Origin: Octopus bimaculoides
Taxonomy: Eukaryota
NCBI RefSeq assembly: GCF_001194135.2
Contig: NC_068993.1
Span: forward strand, 13,593,500 to 13,657,261
Length of the DNA stretch: 63,762 nucleotides
Direction of reading: 5' to 3'
This document shows positions 49,398 through 62,577 of this stretch, in pieces. A model generated the notes under the pieces. That model saw nothing but the letters and a program-made list of their open reading frames with translations. It was not told the DNA's origin and searched no databases. The translations under genes were made by a program, and so were the position numbers. The first letter of the stretch is position 1. Every line of letters begins with the position of its first letter.

Positions 49398-50662
49398 CTG
49401 TCACTGTTCATCCAGCAATTCAAATTTTACATTTTATACTGGTTATGCAGAAGGTTATTTTCCCAGCTGATATGGACATCATCCGTAGTGTGTGTCGTCT
49501 TTCTCCAGTGTTTTCCTTTCACCACATAGTGGTGAGTTTATTATCCTTGCCCCGCCCTCGACGATATATGTATTTTGGAGCTCCAAAGCACAGCAGGTAG
49601 ATTGTACATTAATTAATGCACCGTTTCTATACTGAGGTGCAGTAAACATACGTTCGTTTTGTGGCTTCCGACTGGTTTCTGTTATCTATTCATCTTATGT
49701 TTTTATTTCAGAACTCCGTAGCTGCCATATCCGTTCTCAGGAGTGAAGTACTATATCTATGATACTCTCTGGGGAATATTCTAGCAAGTATTTTCAGCTT
49801 TTATTTCGCACAGCTTTATTTATTGTTAGCTGACACAGTTTTTGTTTAGAAATGTACTTAGTAAAGATTTTTATCTCACTCACCGCGTGAACGTAATACT
49901 TAAGCGGATACAAATACGAACTCCATGGTAAAATTTATATTCTCTGTAGTGACTGCATTTATTTTCAAGGGATTAGAGATGTTTCACCCCTGTAAACCAT
50001 TCTCATCGAGCTCATCCAATTCGTTTTTGTTTTTGTTGTTTTCAAATATGGTTTCGCGTTAATTATTCTTTCAGAAATCTCTTTTTCGACATCTCTTTCT
50101 ATCCCGCTGTTTAATTCTTATTATATATTCATACTTTTAAATGAGACAACAGAATTTTCATCCCTAATATACGTAGAAAAGCATTAGAGTATTTTAGGGT
50201 AAAATGTTTGCGAGGGGGCCGTCCAGCCCAGAAGAGATTTTTTTATCGGACTGGAAGTTGTTTTGGCTGCTGTAATATGCCTTAAACCTCTAGAAGAATG
50301 TTGAGAGCATCCTCAATTGCTGCACAGCGCAGCACAAATTCCAGCTACGCCAGTTTGAAAGATAGGTTTTCTATTAAATCTACTTGCCTTCAACTTACAC
50401 AATACGTTAGGAATAACTATATATAAAAGCACGTCTAAATATATAATATCTTCACAGGACACTTATTGTTGCTTTATGGAAGTGAAGAACTATAGACAAC
50501 TATAACATCTGGTACAAGTTTACGCATGTGATTTGGAGGAAACAAGTAACAATCGATCTATCGCTTGACTGTTATTTTATTTTATCTTTTATCACGAATT
50601 AGGATCTCACCATGATTTGAGATCAGAATGTAAAGTGTTATGAGTAAATATCATAAAAGCGA

Positions 50663-50884
50663 ATATTCCTTTCTACTCTAAGCACAAGGCCAGACATTTT
50701 TGGGGAGGTGGTCAGTCAATTAGTTTGACTCCAGTACGCAACTGGTACTCAAATTATCGGCCCCGAAAGGATGAAAGGCAACGTCCACCTCGGCGGCATT
50801 TGAACTCAGAACGTAGCGGCAGACGATATACCACTAAGCATTTCGCCTGGCGTGCTAGCGTTTCTGTCAGCAGCTGTCCGCCTT
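50663..50884 (-). mobile_element. Family C SINE, full length (tagagtagaaagg tail type)
   Basis: attcctttctactctaagcacaaggcc...cgaaaggatgaaaggca...tttgaactcagaacg...cgcctt. Confidence 0.9.
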
Positions 50885-51165
50885 CATAAAAGCAAATATT
50901 AATTTATGTATGTGATATCACTGATGTAAATTTTCTTAGTGAATTCTGTAAAATTTAGAACATTATATACTACTACCATTAGTGAAAGATGTGATAGGTT
51001 ATGAAATATGATAATTAATGAATAATTAAGATAAAATTTAGATATGATTCGAACAGGTGATGGACATTTCAACGCAAATACAATCCGATTGAAACTAATG
51101 ACTATGAAATATTTAAAGAAACTATTTTATGTTAAGTTATTATGTTAGCAAAAGTGAATAACTTC

Positions 51166-51198
<33 letters not shown>

Positions 51199-51226
51199 AT
51201 GTGTGGGTGTATGTATATATATGTAG

Positions 51227-51303
<77 letters not shown>

Positions 51304-51911
51304 TTTGGTGGTGTTTCAATTTATTTCTCAGAAATAGTAATTATAGAAGATAAAATTTAAAACAAAAGAAGAGGACAGCTGAACTCATATTGCAAACAGC
51401 TGACTCATTCACATTGAATCTTATCGCGCTACTCATTCAATATTGTTTCAATCTAACTAACGGTGTAGTGTGTTTGAATATATTGTTTTATAATGTTAAT
51501 TGGAAATTGTAATTGGAATAATTCTACGTACTTCCAAACTTATTGAGATCGTACTCTATCTCAGCCATTTGCTAATGACGCTCGATGACATTAAATATTA
51601 ATACTAATAAGTACATAATTAAGACGGACTTAATTTATATATACTGCAAAGATTATGATCAAACTTCAGGCGCATTGAAATGAGATGTGAGATTTGCTGT
51701 TTTACTTGTTTCCATTTAAAGTCATATCGAACGCATAGCTCCGTGGTTAAGCATTTCTTTTTGTAATCGGCTTCAATGCAACAGAGAACCTATTTTCGCG
51801 AGTGTCAATGACAGATTGTGTAATCTATTAACCGTGTGTTTCTGTGTGTAAATTCCTATACATACGTACGTACCACACAAACACACAGACATGCACAAAC
51901 ACACAGAAACG

Positions 51912-51942
<31 letters not shown>

Positions 51943-52259
51943 GCACAAGCACACACACGTTCATGAATTTGTGCTGCAAGATTCCTGATGTGAAACCGTG
52001 TGTTGAAACAGATATTGTTGTATTTCGCGATGATCACAACTTTTGCCAAATAAATACACGCACTATATATACGTTCTACACTTGTTTATTATTGTTCGCA
52101 TTCTAAATGATGTACTTTGTACCAACATCTTCATCACACATCTGTTACATCATCAGCGACGCTTTCCGGCTTCATGTACCACTTATTCCATTCTGTTCTA
52201 TAGAAGAAGTGAATAGAATAAGCGGAGCAAGAACGAAAAAAATCTCATTCCTGAAATAC

Positions 52260-52304
<45 letters not shown>

Positions 52305-52397
52305 TCCCAAAGAGAAGAACAAACACAAAAATAACCAACCACGCAATGACGTGGTACATGTAAAATATTAGCAGACGCTCAGGGAAGGAAAGAAAGA

Positions 52398-52436
52398 TGG
52401 TTTAACGTTTCGAGCAGATGCTCTTCTTCGGAACCA
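52398..52436 (-). ncRNA. Degenerate minimal type I hammerhead-ribozyme-like fold inside a purine-rich repeat-like segment (about 52325-52500)
   Basis: Minus strand: UGGUU-CCGAAGA-A-GAGC[AUCU]GCUC-GAAA-CGUU-A-AACCA. Stem II is 4 bp, GAAA is present, AACGUU is a palindrome at stem III, and stem I UGGUU/AACCA is possible. The core has C in place of U4. Confidence 0.55.
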
Positions 52437-52508
52437 GGGGTAAGTCCAATAGAAGGGAAGATGGAGGAAGAAAATCGGCAGCGATTCACACGTGGTTGCA
52501 GTATATAC

Positions 52509-52544
<36 letters not shown>

Positions 52545-52902
52545 AAGAGCCAGCTATTTAGCCCCAGGAAACATAGTTTCCAGTTGGCTACGTGACACAA
52601 GCGTTCTGCAACCTTAGCTTTTCAAACTTAAAGCCAGTAAAACCACCATCAAGAGACAAGTTTCAGTTTGAAGTAGCTTGGTTTGCTAGATGTCAATGCT
52701 TATTTGGCTTTTGGAATCTGGGCATAAAGGTGAGTAGTATGGGATAAATATTTCATGGTTAGACTTTTCGTTTGGGTGTGTAAAGGGGGAAAGAACTCCC
52801 ATTAAAATTCTTAATCTCCAATTTTGATTGAATATCGAATCATAGATATTCAAGTTCATTAGAAAAAATATAAGAGAAAAGTCAAATTCTTCAATTTCAT
52901 GT

Positions 52903-52931
52903 AACACGGACACCGCCGGGTATTTCTGCTA

Positions 52932-52933
<2 letters not shown>
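52903..52933 (+). mobile_element. Helitron-like 3' terminus followed by (TA)n
   Basis: aacacggacaccgccgggtatttctgCTAG|tatata; homologous to 29555-29586. Confidence 0.55.
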
Positions 52934-52983
<50 letters not shown>

Positions 52984-53628
52984 CACGCAGACACATAGAT
53001 AGACATGAAGATACTTTGATAGGTATACATATAGATATAAAGATAGATACATAAATAGATGGATAGATAGATTGCTCTATAATACATACATAAATACAAA
53101 CATACATACATGCATACATATATGCATACATACATATATACATACATACATGCATAAACATAAAAGCCAGATCACCAAATATGAAGCTAATAGGGAAGAG
53201 AACAAAATCATGATATTTGCCTTTACAGAATTACTTTTAAATTAAATATTAGAGTTTCAGAAAATGGAAAAGAGTTGCCCTAAGCATTTATAAAACAAAC
53301 AATGAAGAAAAGAAGGCAGCATTTCACACCATGTAAAATCTCTATTTGAATATTTTCATTGCACATGAAATCTTTTGGGTGAGATACTTTTGTCACTTTC
53401 AGCATTTCTCCTCTCCAATGCTTCTTCCCTCTTAATGTACAATGCTACGCCCCTCGGACGCCCTACGCCTTTGTTTCCCTCTCTTCCTCTTTCTCTGTCT
53501 CTCTTTCTCAAACAGTATTTCTATGCTGAGAATGAATAAATATATACACTCAATTACATATGTATATATGCATACATATATATATATATATATAAACATA
53601 CATACACATATATGTGTATGCATACTTG

Positions 53629-53666
<38 letters not shown>

Positions 53667-54316
53667 TGATATATATGCACATATATATCTGTATATATGC
53701 ATANNNNNNNNNNNNNNNNNNNNNNNNNNNNNNNNNNNNNNNNNNNNNNNNNNNNNNNNNNNNNNNNNNNNNNNNNNNNNNNNNNNNNNNNNNNNNNNNN
53801 NNNNNNNNNNNNNNNNNNNNNNNNNNNNNNNNNNNNNNNNNNNNNNNNNNNNNNNNNNNNNNNNNNNNNNNNNNNNNNNNNNNNNNNNNNNNNNNNNNNN
53901 NNNNNNNNNNNNNNNNNNNNNNNNNNNNNNNNNNNNNNNNNNNNNNNNNNNNNNNNNNNNNNNNNNNNNNNNNNNNNNNNNNNNNNNNNNNNNNNNNNNN
54001 NNNNNNNNNNNNNNNNNNNNNNNNNNNNNNNNNNNNNNNNNNNNNNNNNNNNNNNNNNNNNNNNNNNNNNNNNNNNNNNNNNNNNNNNNNNNNNNNNNNN
54101 NNNNNNNNNNNNNNNNNNNNNNNNNNNNNNNNNNNNNNNNNNNNNNNNNNNNNNNNNNNNNNNNNNNNNNNNNNNNNNNNNNNNNNNNNNNNNNNNNNNN
54201 NNNNNNNNNNNNNNNNNNNNNNNNNNNNNNNNNNNNNNNNNNNNNNNNNNNNNNNNNNNNNNNNNNNNNNNNNNNNNNNNNNNNNNNNNNNNNNNNNNNN
54301 NNNNNNNNNNNNNNNN

Positions 54317-54376
<60 letters not shown>

Positions 54377-55553
54377 GATGATCCTTATAAACATCAGCAT
54401 CCAAATCACCATAACCACATCCACCAAATATCATTATCATTCCTCCTACATTTTCCTTGTATATATTTGGCCAACACTTATTATCAAACATTGCTGCAAT
54501 CATCGGTGTCATTATGCTCCATCACCAGCATTACCATCATCATCATCATCATCATCATGTACACATGTATAATCGTGATTATTTCTAAGAATGTTTATGT
54601 TTTTTTTTTGTTAATTTATTATCATTATCTTATTATTTTTGCTTTTCATCATCATTTTCATCATCTACTTATCTACACAGAGATAAGATGATGAAATCAC
54701 GAAAAAAAAAAAAAAGAGTAATGTAAATTTTCAAATGTAAAGAAAAAGTTGGAAATATTTACTAAATTGTATCCATTCGAAGAAGAGCAAATTGACCTAG
54801 TCATAATTTCCATTACGTAACATTCAAAATCTACGCACACACGTACACTCACGCACAGAGATAAATATGCCTACATACAGACATAAGATATCATATACAT
54901 TTATCCACTTACATATGTATCCCATACCTTAGATGCGCGTATATATATACATATATATATGTATATATTTATATGTGTATATACATATATATATATATAT
55001 ATATANNNNNNNNNNNNNNNNNNNNNNNNNNNNNNNNNNNNNNNNNNNNNNNNNNNNNNNNNNNNNNNNNNNNNNNNNNNNNNNNNNNNNNNNNNNNNNN
55101 NNNNNNNNNNNNNNNNNNNNNNNNNNNNNNNNNNNNNNNNNNNNNNNNNNNNNNNNNNNNNNNNNNNNNNNNNNNNNNNNNNNNNNNNNNNNNNNNNNNN
55201 NNNNNNNNNNNNNNNNNNNNNNNNNNNNNNNNNNNNNNNNNNNNNNNNNNNNNNNNNNNNNNNNNNNNNNNNNNNNNNNNNNNNNNNNNNNNNNNNNNNN
55301 NNNNATGTGTGTGTGTATGTATATATATATATATATATGTGTGTGTGTATGTATGTATGTATATATACATGTTTTCATTTAAGTGTATGCACGAACTACT
55401 CTATGCATGTACACTATTTAAAATTTAGCCTTCGGTTAGCGGCCTCTGAATCCCAGTAATTTTAACCAATCATAATATCCCAGGAGATGGCACTGCGAAT
55501 CGGTAATAACATGCAAGAGTTTAAGAGAGGAAGAAATACATAAAAGAATACAC

Positions 55554-55612
<59 letters not shown>

Positions 55613-57334
55613 TGTATATATATGCATATATAACCGTTTTGTTCCGTATTTATATATTATATCATATGTGTGTCTGTGTAGCAAAATAATGATAAGAAAA
55701 CAACGATGTAAAATTATGAAGAAACGAAAAGAGTGGAAGACACGAAAGAAGGTTAACAAGATAGACGAAATATATAGAATCACAAGATGAATTACTTTGC
55801 GGATTCTTGCTGCATATTTTAGCAGAAGATAATCCTATTGTAGAGACTAGGTTATTTTTCCAAAATTCTTTTTCTTATGATATACGTTTTCCCCAAACAC
55901 TAACAATAATAGCATAACATTTTCTTAACTTTTCTTTTTGATATTTCTTTTTTATTCCACTTACAATTTCATGTTCTTCATATATATATATACACTCACA
56001 AGCACGCACACATACACACACACAATCTCTCTCTCTCTCTCTCATATATATGTAAGTTTTGTTATGTTTGAATGTGTATATGTATTAAATACTTTATATT
56101 TTTAGTGTTTCTAGAACCGGTGAATTGCGTCAGAATCATGGGAAGATAATTGAATAAAAATTGCAAATAAATAAGAAATTTACTTTTATTTATTTTGCCA
56201 TTGCAAAATAAAGCAAAAATCAAAATAAAACCAAAATTTCAAATAAATAAAGCAAAAAAAAAAACAAGCAGAAGTGGAAATGTATTACAAGAGAAGAAAA
56301 AAAAATACTATTTTCAGCAATTTTACTTCTTATGTTGTAAATTTGAAATATTTATGTGTTATGTCATCCTTATTTCGATGCATGTGTATGTATGTATGTA
56401 TATATCTATATCTGTATATATATGTGTGTGTGTGTGTGTGTATGTGTGTGTATGTACGTATATNNNNNNNNNNNNNNNNNNNNNNNNNNNNNNNNNNNNN
56501 NNNNNNNNNNNNNNNNNNNNNNNNNNNNNNNNNNNNNNNNNNNNNNNNNNNNNNNNNNNNNNNNNNNNNNNNNNNNNNNNNNNNNNNNNNNNNNNNNNNN
56601 NNNNNNNNNNNNNNNNNNNNNNNNNNNNNNNNNNNNNNNNNNNNNNNNNNNNNNNNNNNNNNNNNNNNNNNNNNNNNNNNNNNNNNNNNNNNNNNNNNNN
56701 NNNNNNNNNNNNNNNNNNNNNNNNNNNNNNNNNNNNNNNNNNNNNNNNNNNNNNNNNNNNNNNNNNNNNNNNNNNNNNNNNNNNNNNNNNNNNNNNNNNN
56801 NNNNNNNNNNNNNNNNNNNNNNNNNNNNNNNNNNNNNNNNNNNNNNNNNNNNNNNNNNNNNNNNNNNNNNNNNNNNNNNNNNNNNNNNNNNNNNNNNNNN
56901 NNNNNNNNNNNNNNNNNNNNNNNNNNNNNNNNNNNNNNNNNNNNNNNNNNNNNNNNNNNNNNNNNNNNNNNNNNNNNNNNNNNNNNNNNNNNNNNNNNNN
57001 NNNNNNNNNNNNNNNNNNNNNNNNNNNNNNNNNNNNNNNNNNNNNNNNNNNNNNNNNNNNNNNNNNNNNNNNNNNNNNNNNNNNNNNNNNNNNNNNNNNN
57101 NNNNNNNNNNNNNNNNNNNNNNNNNNNNNNNNNNNNNNNNNNNNNNNNNNNNNNNNNNNNNNNNNNNNNNNNNNNNNNNNNNNNNNNNNNNNNNNNNNNN
57201 NNNNNNNNNNNNNNNNNNNNNNNNNNNNNNNNNNNNNNNNNNNNNNNNNNNNNNNNNNNNNNNNNNNNNNNNNNNNNNNNNNNNNNNNNNNNNNNNNNNN
57301 NNNNNNNNNNNNNATATATATATATATATATATA

Positions 57335-57468
57335 CGACGGACTTGTTTCAGTTTCCATCTACCAAATCCACCTAGGAATCATTGGCAGAAGACACTTACC
57401 GAAGGTGCTACGTAGGGAGTCTGAACACGAGAAGCAAGCTTCTTATCACACAGCCATGGCTGTGCCTA
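57335..57468 (-). mobile_element. Family A SINE, 5' half emerging from a gap via (TA)n
   Basis: acgacggacttgtttcagtttccatctaccaaatccac...gaagacacttacc...cttcttatcacacagccatggctgtgcc. Confidence 0.8.
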
Positions 57469-57904
57469 TATACATACATACATACATACATGCATACACA
57501 TATATATATTTGTATGTGTGTGTATAATATATATATATATGTGTGTATGTGTTTATGTGTGTGTATATAAATATATATGGGTGTATCTATATAGTTATGT
57601 AGAAATCAATTGATGCATACATATACATGCGTGTAAATACATATATGCATACATAAATAGATACATACATAAATACACATACAAATGCATACATATACAC
57701 ACACACACACTAACACACACACAAACAGATACACACATACATATGGGAAGTGAAAGCTTATCCGCACTTTCACCATCACATATCTTTTTATTATTGTCAC
57801 ACTACCTTCTGCGCATGTCCGCTTATATTTGGTCCTATTGTGATTAGATGATCGAAGTTTTAGTCTGCTCACACCATTTTCCTTTCTGGTTTTACAGTGT
57901 AAGC

Positions 57905-58177
57905 ATGGCTGCTCCATTAGCAATGTGCACCAAAGAAGAACAAAGTGCAGTATCCGATTTCTTTTCGTCGAAATTTGTGTCAAGTACTGAAATTCATTGG
58001 AGGCTTTTAGCACAGTAGCGAGACAGTACACTACTGAGAAGAATTGCATATGAGTGGATTGAGAAGTTTAAGAGTGGCCAGACAAACGTGACGCAAGACG
58101 AGGGAGCAGGACACTCGTCAACATACACCAATGACGTGAACATTCAGCCACCTCGAGAGAAGGTAGTGGTGAACTAG
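57905..58177 (+). pseudogene. Mariner transposase N-terminal (paired-like HTH) remnant
   Basis: MAAPLAMCTKEEQSAVSDFFSSKFVSSTEIHWRLLAQ*RDSTLLRRIAYEWIEKFKSGQTNVTQDEGAGHSSTYTNDVNIQ fits the mariner pattern EQRAVIRF...EIHRRL..QYG....RSVYEWIEKFKxGRTSV..E.GxGRPST. One internal stop. The element 5' end probably extends to about 57742. Confidence 0.85.
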
Positions 58178-60257
58178 TTCACCATTGCTATCTCTTGGAT
58201 CACTGCTCTTTATTCTCTATTGCTAGAATCATTTTCACCATCAGCAAAAACAATTGCAATAGGAACAAAACTCTCTTATTTATAATTTTGATTATTAAAT
58301 GTTTATACTGTTTTATTTTAATTGTTTTGCAGGAGAATAAACAATGTGAAACTTCTTGGACTAACAATTTGAAAAGATGTGGTGCTTCGCTATCTTTCAA
58401 AGACCAGACGCGGCTAGCCACGTAGTTGCATTACCTTGTCCCTACGTTAAAGGATGTGACCACTCTATTGTAAGTTATCCAGTCAGGAAGTAATTGCGCG
58501 GGTGGATTTAATAGCTGCTTCTAATTTAGAGAATGTTGAGCACTTTTAGTTTTCATTTTACCTGAAATTGAACATAAATTGAAAGCTTTATCACTTTTCC
58601 ACATTAATATTGTTAACAATGTTATTAGCTAACGCTGGCACCCATATATCTATACACACGTAAACAATCACTCACATATGCACAAAACGAACAAACGCAA
58701 AACATGCATCGGCAGAAATGTATAAAGCGGACGCAGACACATAAATGCGAACACACAAATGTAGAAATTCTTTGGATAAAGGTTACGGAGAGATGGAAAC
58801 TTTGACGCACTTGAAATTATAATCTAATAGAAAATCTATTATTAGATACAAAATTAAGAAATTGACGTTCATTTTCTTCAGTATCATCCAATTGAATCTA
58901 TGCATATAGACTTATTTCAATTACGAAAGAAAGACGGTTACTACAGAGTGATTTACCATCACGTGATTTCTGAGTAGTTTTTTTCTAAATTATTTGATAG
59001 ACTGTACTAAAGATTGTAAATTTTCATATTCTTTACTGCATAATGCGTGAAAGATAAATCAGAAGCAGATATACTTAAAAATACAACAATTTCATAACAT
59101 TTCTGACTGTCGAAAATTGAATGGATATGAGTGTAGCTGCAGAAAATCTCGTAAGAAAGATAAAATAGTTTGATTCTACTGTGACAATGGATTCAAGTAT
59201 TGAATTGGCTAAATGCAAATACATTTATGCTCTCTCACTCACGCTCGCCCTCAATCTCTCCACAGACAGTTTCCCCTCCTTTTACCAGTTAAAACACTTG
59301 ACGAATTGTGGCACAACAAATATAAGACTGACAGGTGCTGACCTTAGTAGGTTAAGAAATCAACAGTGGTCTTCGGATATAAGTGAAGGATCTAAACATA
59401 AGAAACTAAAGGCAACAATTCATTTTCTCTGATCTTCTTACAGTGTTTTGACATTCCACCAGCTGCAGTTTGTTTTAACATTGATTTTCTTTTGTAGTAG
59501 AAGCAGGTCAAATATTATAGAAATATAATCGAATAAAGTGACTGGCTCTATATTACAGGTAGTTATTTTTACCGAACTCTGTAGGATAGAAAACATGCTC
59601 ATTCGTAGCATGTTTATAAAAGAACGCAGAACAATAGTAAAGCCTCGATACAGTTTATTAATTGCAGCCAATGCTTCTGTTTTCATCATGAATAAAAAGT
59701 GGTATTAATTATAAATTTGTCCTAGATAAAAGTGCTCACAACCGACAAATTCTGTCCTATCTAAGTTTGGAATTCTTAGTCGAATGTATTTGCAAAATAC
59801 ATGATAAATGCGCTCTCAGAGACAAGCGTGAAGAAGTTACTATGACGTTACTATGAAGTTTCTATCGAATCTCTGCAACAAATCTCTATTTAAATAGAAA
59901 GGTTTTGAAATAGCTGAGTATTTGGGCATTGTATATTTTTATTCTCAATTATCGCTAGATTTACTTGTCTTGAATACTTTCGTCTAAATATAAGTCAAAC
60001 ACAATTTCTGTTTAATTAAAAACATTCTACTTCGTAATTTCTGCTTTTTCTTCTGACGATAAAAAAATATTCGCTTAGCAATTCCAATTAAGTAGAGATT
60101 ACATCTCTGTAATTTTGCAAAAAGAGGGAGAGTTAATTTTCGAAAAGAAGACTTCTACCATAATTTTAAAACAAATTGTTGATGTTGACAGTAATTATTT
60201 ATGTGTAACAAAAAAATCCTGTATTTGTAATAAATTTATAAATTTGAATCTTGTGTT

Positions 60258-60302
<45 letters not shown>

Positions 60303-60780
60303 TTATGTATTTTTGTTTACACGTATAAATGATAATTATTGTTTCCAGTAGCCGTTCTTATGTGAAAGTTCTGCCTGTTCCGTACGTTTCGAATATTTAT
60401 TTATCTACTTCGTATACTTTTTCGATCTGATATTTGATAATACATCTTAATTAAACCTGAAACTCGAGACAGCAGGCATTTATTTCTATTTCTTGTTTTT
60501 TTTTTTTTATCTATTTATACTAGTTCACCACCGACGTATGGCATGAGCCATAAAAAGGTCAATCTGATAATAGGACAAATGTCGACACCTGGTCATTGAT
60601 TGGCTGAACAAGGAAAACCAAAAAATTAATAAGAAGATGAAGTATATATCAACATCTGTTTTTTTTTTTCAGTTAAGCCAGTGGAACCCCCCCCCCCCCA
60701 AAGACTACAACAATGAACGATATCAGCACAAGTGAAATAAGAACAATAACAACATTTAAAATAACATCAATACAAAAAAT

Positions 60781-61180
60781 GCAGGAGTGGCTGTCTGGTA
60801 CGTAGCTTGCTTACCAACCACATGGTTCCGGGTTCAGTCCCACTGCGTGGCATCTTGGGCAAATGTCTTCTACTATAGCCTCGGGCCGACCAAAGCCTTC
60901 TGAGTGAATTTGGTAGACGGAAACTGAAAGAAGCCCGTTGTATATATGTATATATATATGTGTGTGTGTTTGTGTGTCTGTGTTTGTCCCCCTAGCATTG
61001 CTTGACAAACGTTGCTGCTGTGTCTATGTCCCCGTAACTTAGCGGTTCGGCAAAGGAGACCGATAGAATAAGTACTAGGCTTACAAAGAATAAGTCTCGG
61101 GGTCGATTTGCTCGACTAAAGGCGGTGCTCCAGCATGGCCGCAGTCAAATGACTGAAACAAGTAAAAGAGTAAAAGAGTA
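60781..61180 (+). mobile_element. Family A SINE, full length (reference copy)
   Basis: A box-like tggctgtctgg and B box-like ggttcagtccc. Then cttgggcaaatgtcttctactatagcc...ggtagacggaaactgaaagaagcccg, an internal TA/TG tract, the 3' body, and an (agtaaaag)n tail. Confidence 0.93.
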
Positions 61181-61234
61181 ACAGCAAATAAAAAATAATT
61201 GATTTCTTAATTTAAGCTGATGACAATATTTAGC

Positions 61235-61335
61235 TGATCGGTGTCGTCGATATATTTGACCTCAGTTTTTGACTGGTATTTAAGTTAACCTAAAAATAGA
61301 TGAGAAGCAAAGTCGACCGCTACAGTATTTCAAAT
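61235..61335 (-). mobile_element. Family C SINE, decayed fragment
   Basis: gtcgatatatttgacctcag...gactggtattt...gatgagaagcaaagtcgacc. Confidence 0.5.
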
Positions 61336-61650
61336 TATAATATTACTAAATCCCATAACATTTTTTATTATGTATATATTTCTAATTTGCAATCGATTTC
61401 TTAAAAATAAAAGAATTAATTTAAAAAGAAAAAAATACATGAACAACCATGACACCACTATACAGAGATTATGAAGATGATTATGATGCCGATGATGATT
61501 ATGATGATGATGTATGAAAATAACCACAGTGATGGTGATGATGATGATGATCGTCAAATGCTGTTTACCCACTTCAAGTACGAGCAGGGGGAACTATGGT
61601 AAAAACCTTCCTAACACAACCTGCCCGGGGAAATTTTATATAATGTATTC

Positions 61651-61825
61651 AGGCGGCAAGCGAGTAGAATCGTTTGCACGCCGGGCAAAATGCTTAGTGG
61701 CATTTCGTTCATCCGTACGTTCTGAGTTCAAATTCCGCCCTGGCAGATCTTGCATTGGGGTCCATGAAATCGAGTTAGCCAACCCCTAAATTGCTAACCT
61801 TGTGCCAAAATCTGAAACCAATATT
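61651..61825 (+). mobile_element. Family C SINE with an internal deletion
   Basis: aggcggcaagcgagtagaatcgtttgcacgccgggcaaaatgcttag...gttctgagttcaaattccgcc...ccttgtgccaaaatctgaaaccaatatt. Confidence 0.85.
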
Positions 61826-62087
61826 ATATAATAGCTTCCTTTATTCTAAAATAGTATGATGAGATTGAAGACAAATTCAGTTGCTATTTCTGGAATGTCA
61901 CACGAACATATAGGCGCTCACTGATGACAGGATGGCTATAAAGCATCATTTACGTTATGTCGATACTGATGAGGATGACGATGACAATGATGTTGATGTT
62001 GATTGTGATAAACATGATGGGGCTAACTATATCCCTAAAGCAAATATGTGTAAGGCACATGGACAGACAAAAAAAAAATAAAACAAA

Positions 62088-62127
<40 letters not shown>

Positions 62128-62522
62128 NNNNNNNNNNNNNNNNNNNNNNNNNNNNNNNNNNNNNNNNNNNNNNNNNNNNNNNNNNNNNNNNNNNNNNNNN
62201 NNNNNNNNNNNNNNNNNNNNNNNNNNNNNNNNNNNNNNNNNNNNNNNNNNNNNNNNNNNNNNNNNNNNNNNNNNNNNNNNNNNNNNNNNNNNNNNNNNNN
62301 NNNNNNNNNNNNNNNNNNNNNNNNNNNNNNNNNNNNNNNNNNNNNNNNNNNNNNNNNNNNNNNNNNNNNNNNNNNNNNNNNNNNNNNNNNNNNNNNNNNN
62401 NNNNNNNNNNNNNNNNNNNNNNNNNNNNNNNNNNNNNNNNNNNNNNNNNNNNNNNNNNNNGCGGCCGTTCTGTTTCTATTTCTCTTACCTTCCCTAAATA
62501 AAAGTAATTATGGCTCTTGCAC

Positions 62523-62577
<55 letters not shown>

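Noticed and set aside
51980-52025. ctgatgtgaaaccgtgtgttgaaacag, a hammerhead-like string
   Set aside because: The core is mismatched, stem II is at most 3 bp and there is no stem I. Similar failures occur at 29197, 40432 and 60380.
57742-58605. Possible mariner TIR pair (tatgggaagtgaaagcttatccgc versus gaaagctttatcacttttccaca)
   Set aside because: The match needs several gaps and mismatches, so the element boundaries cannot be supported.
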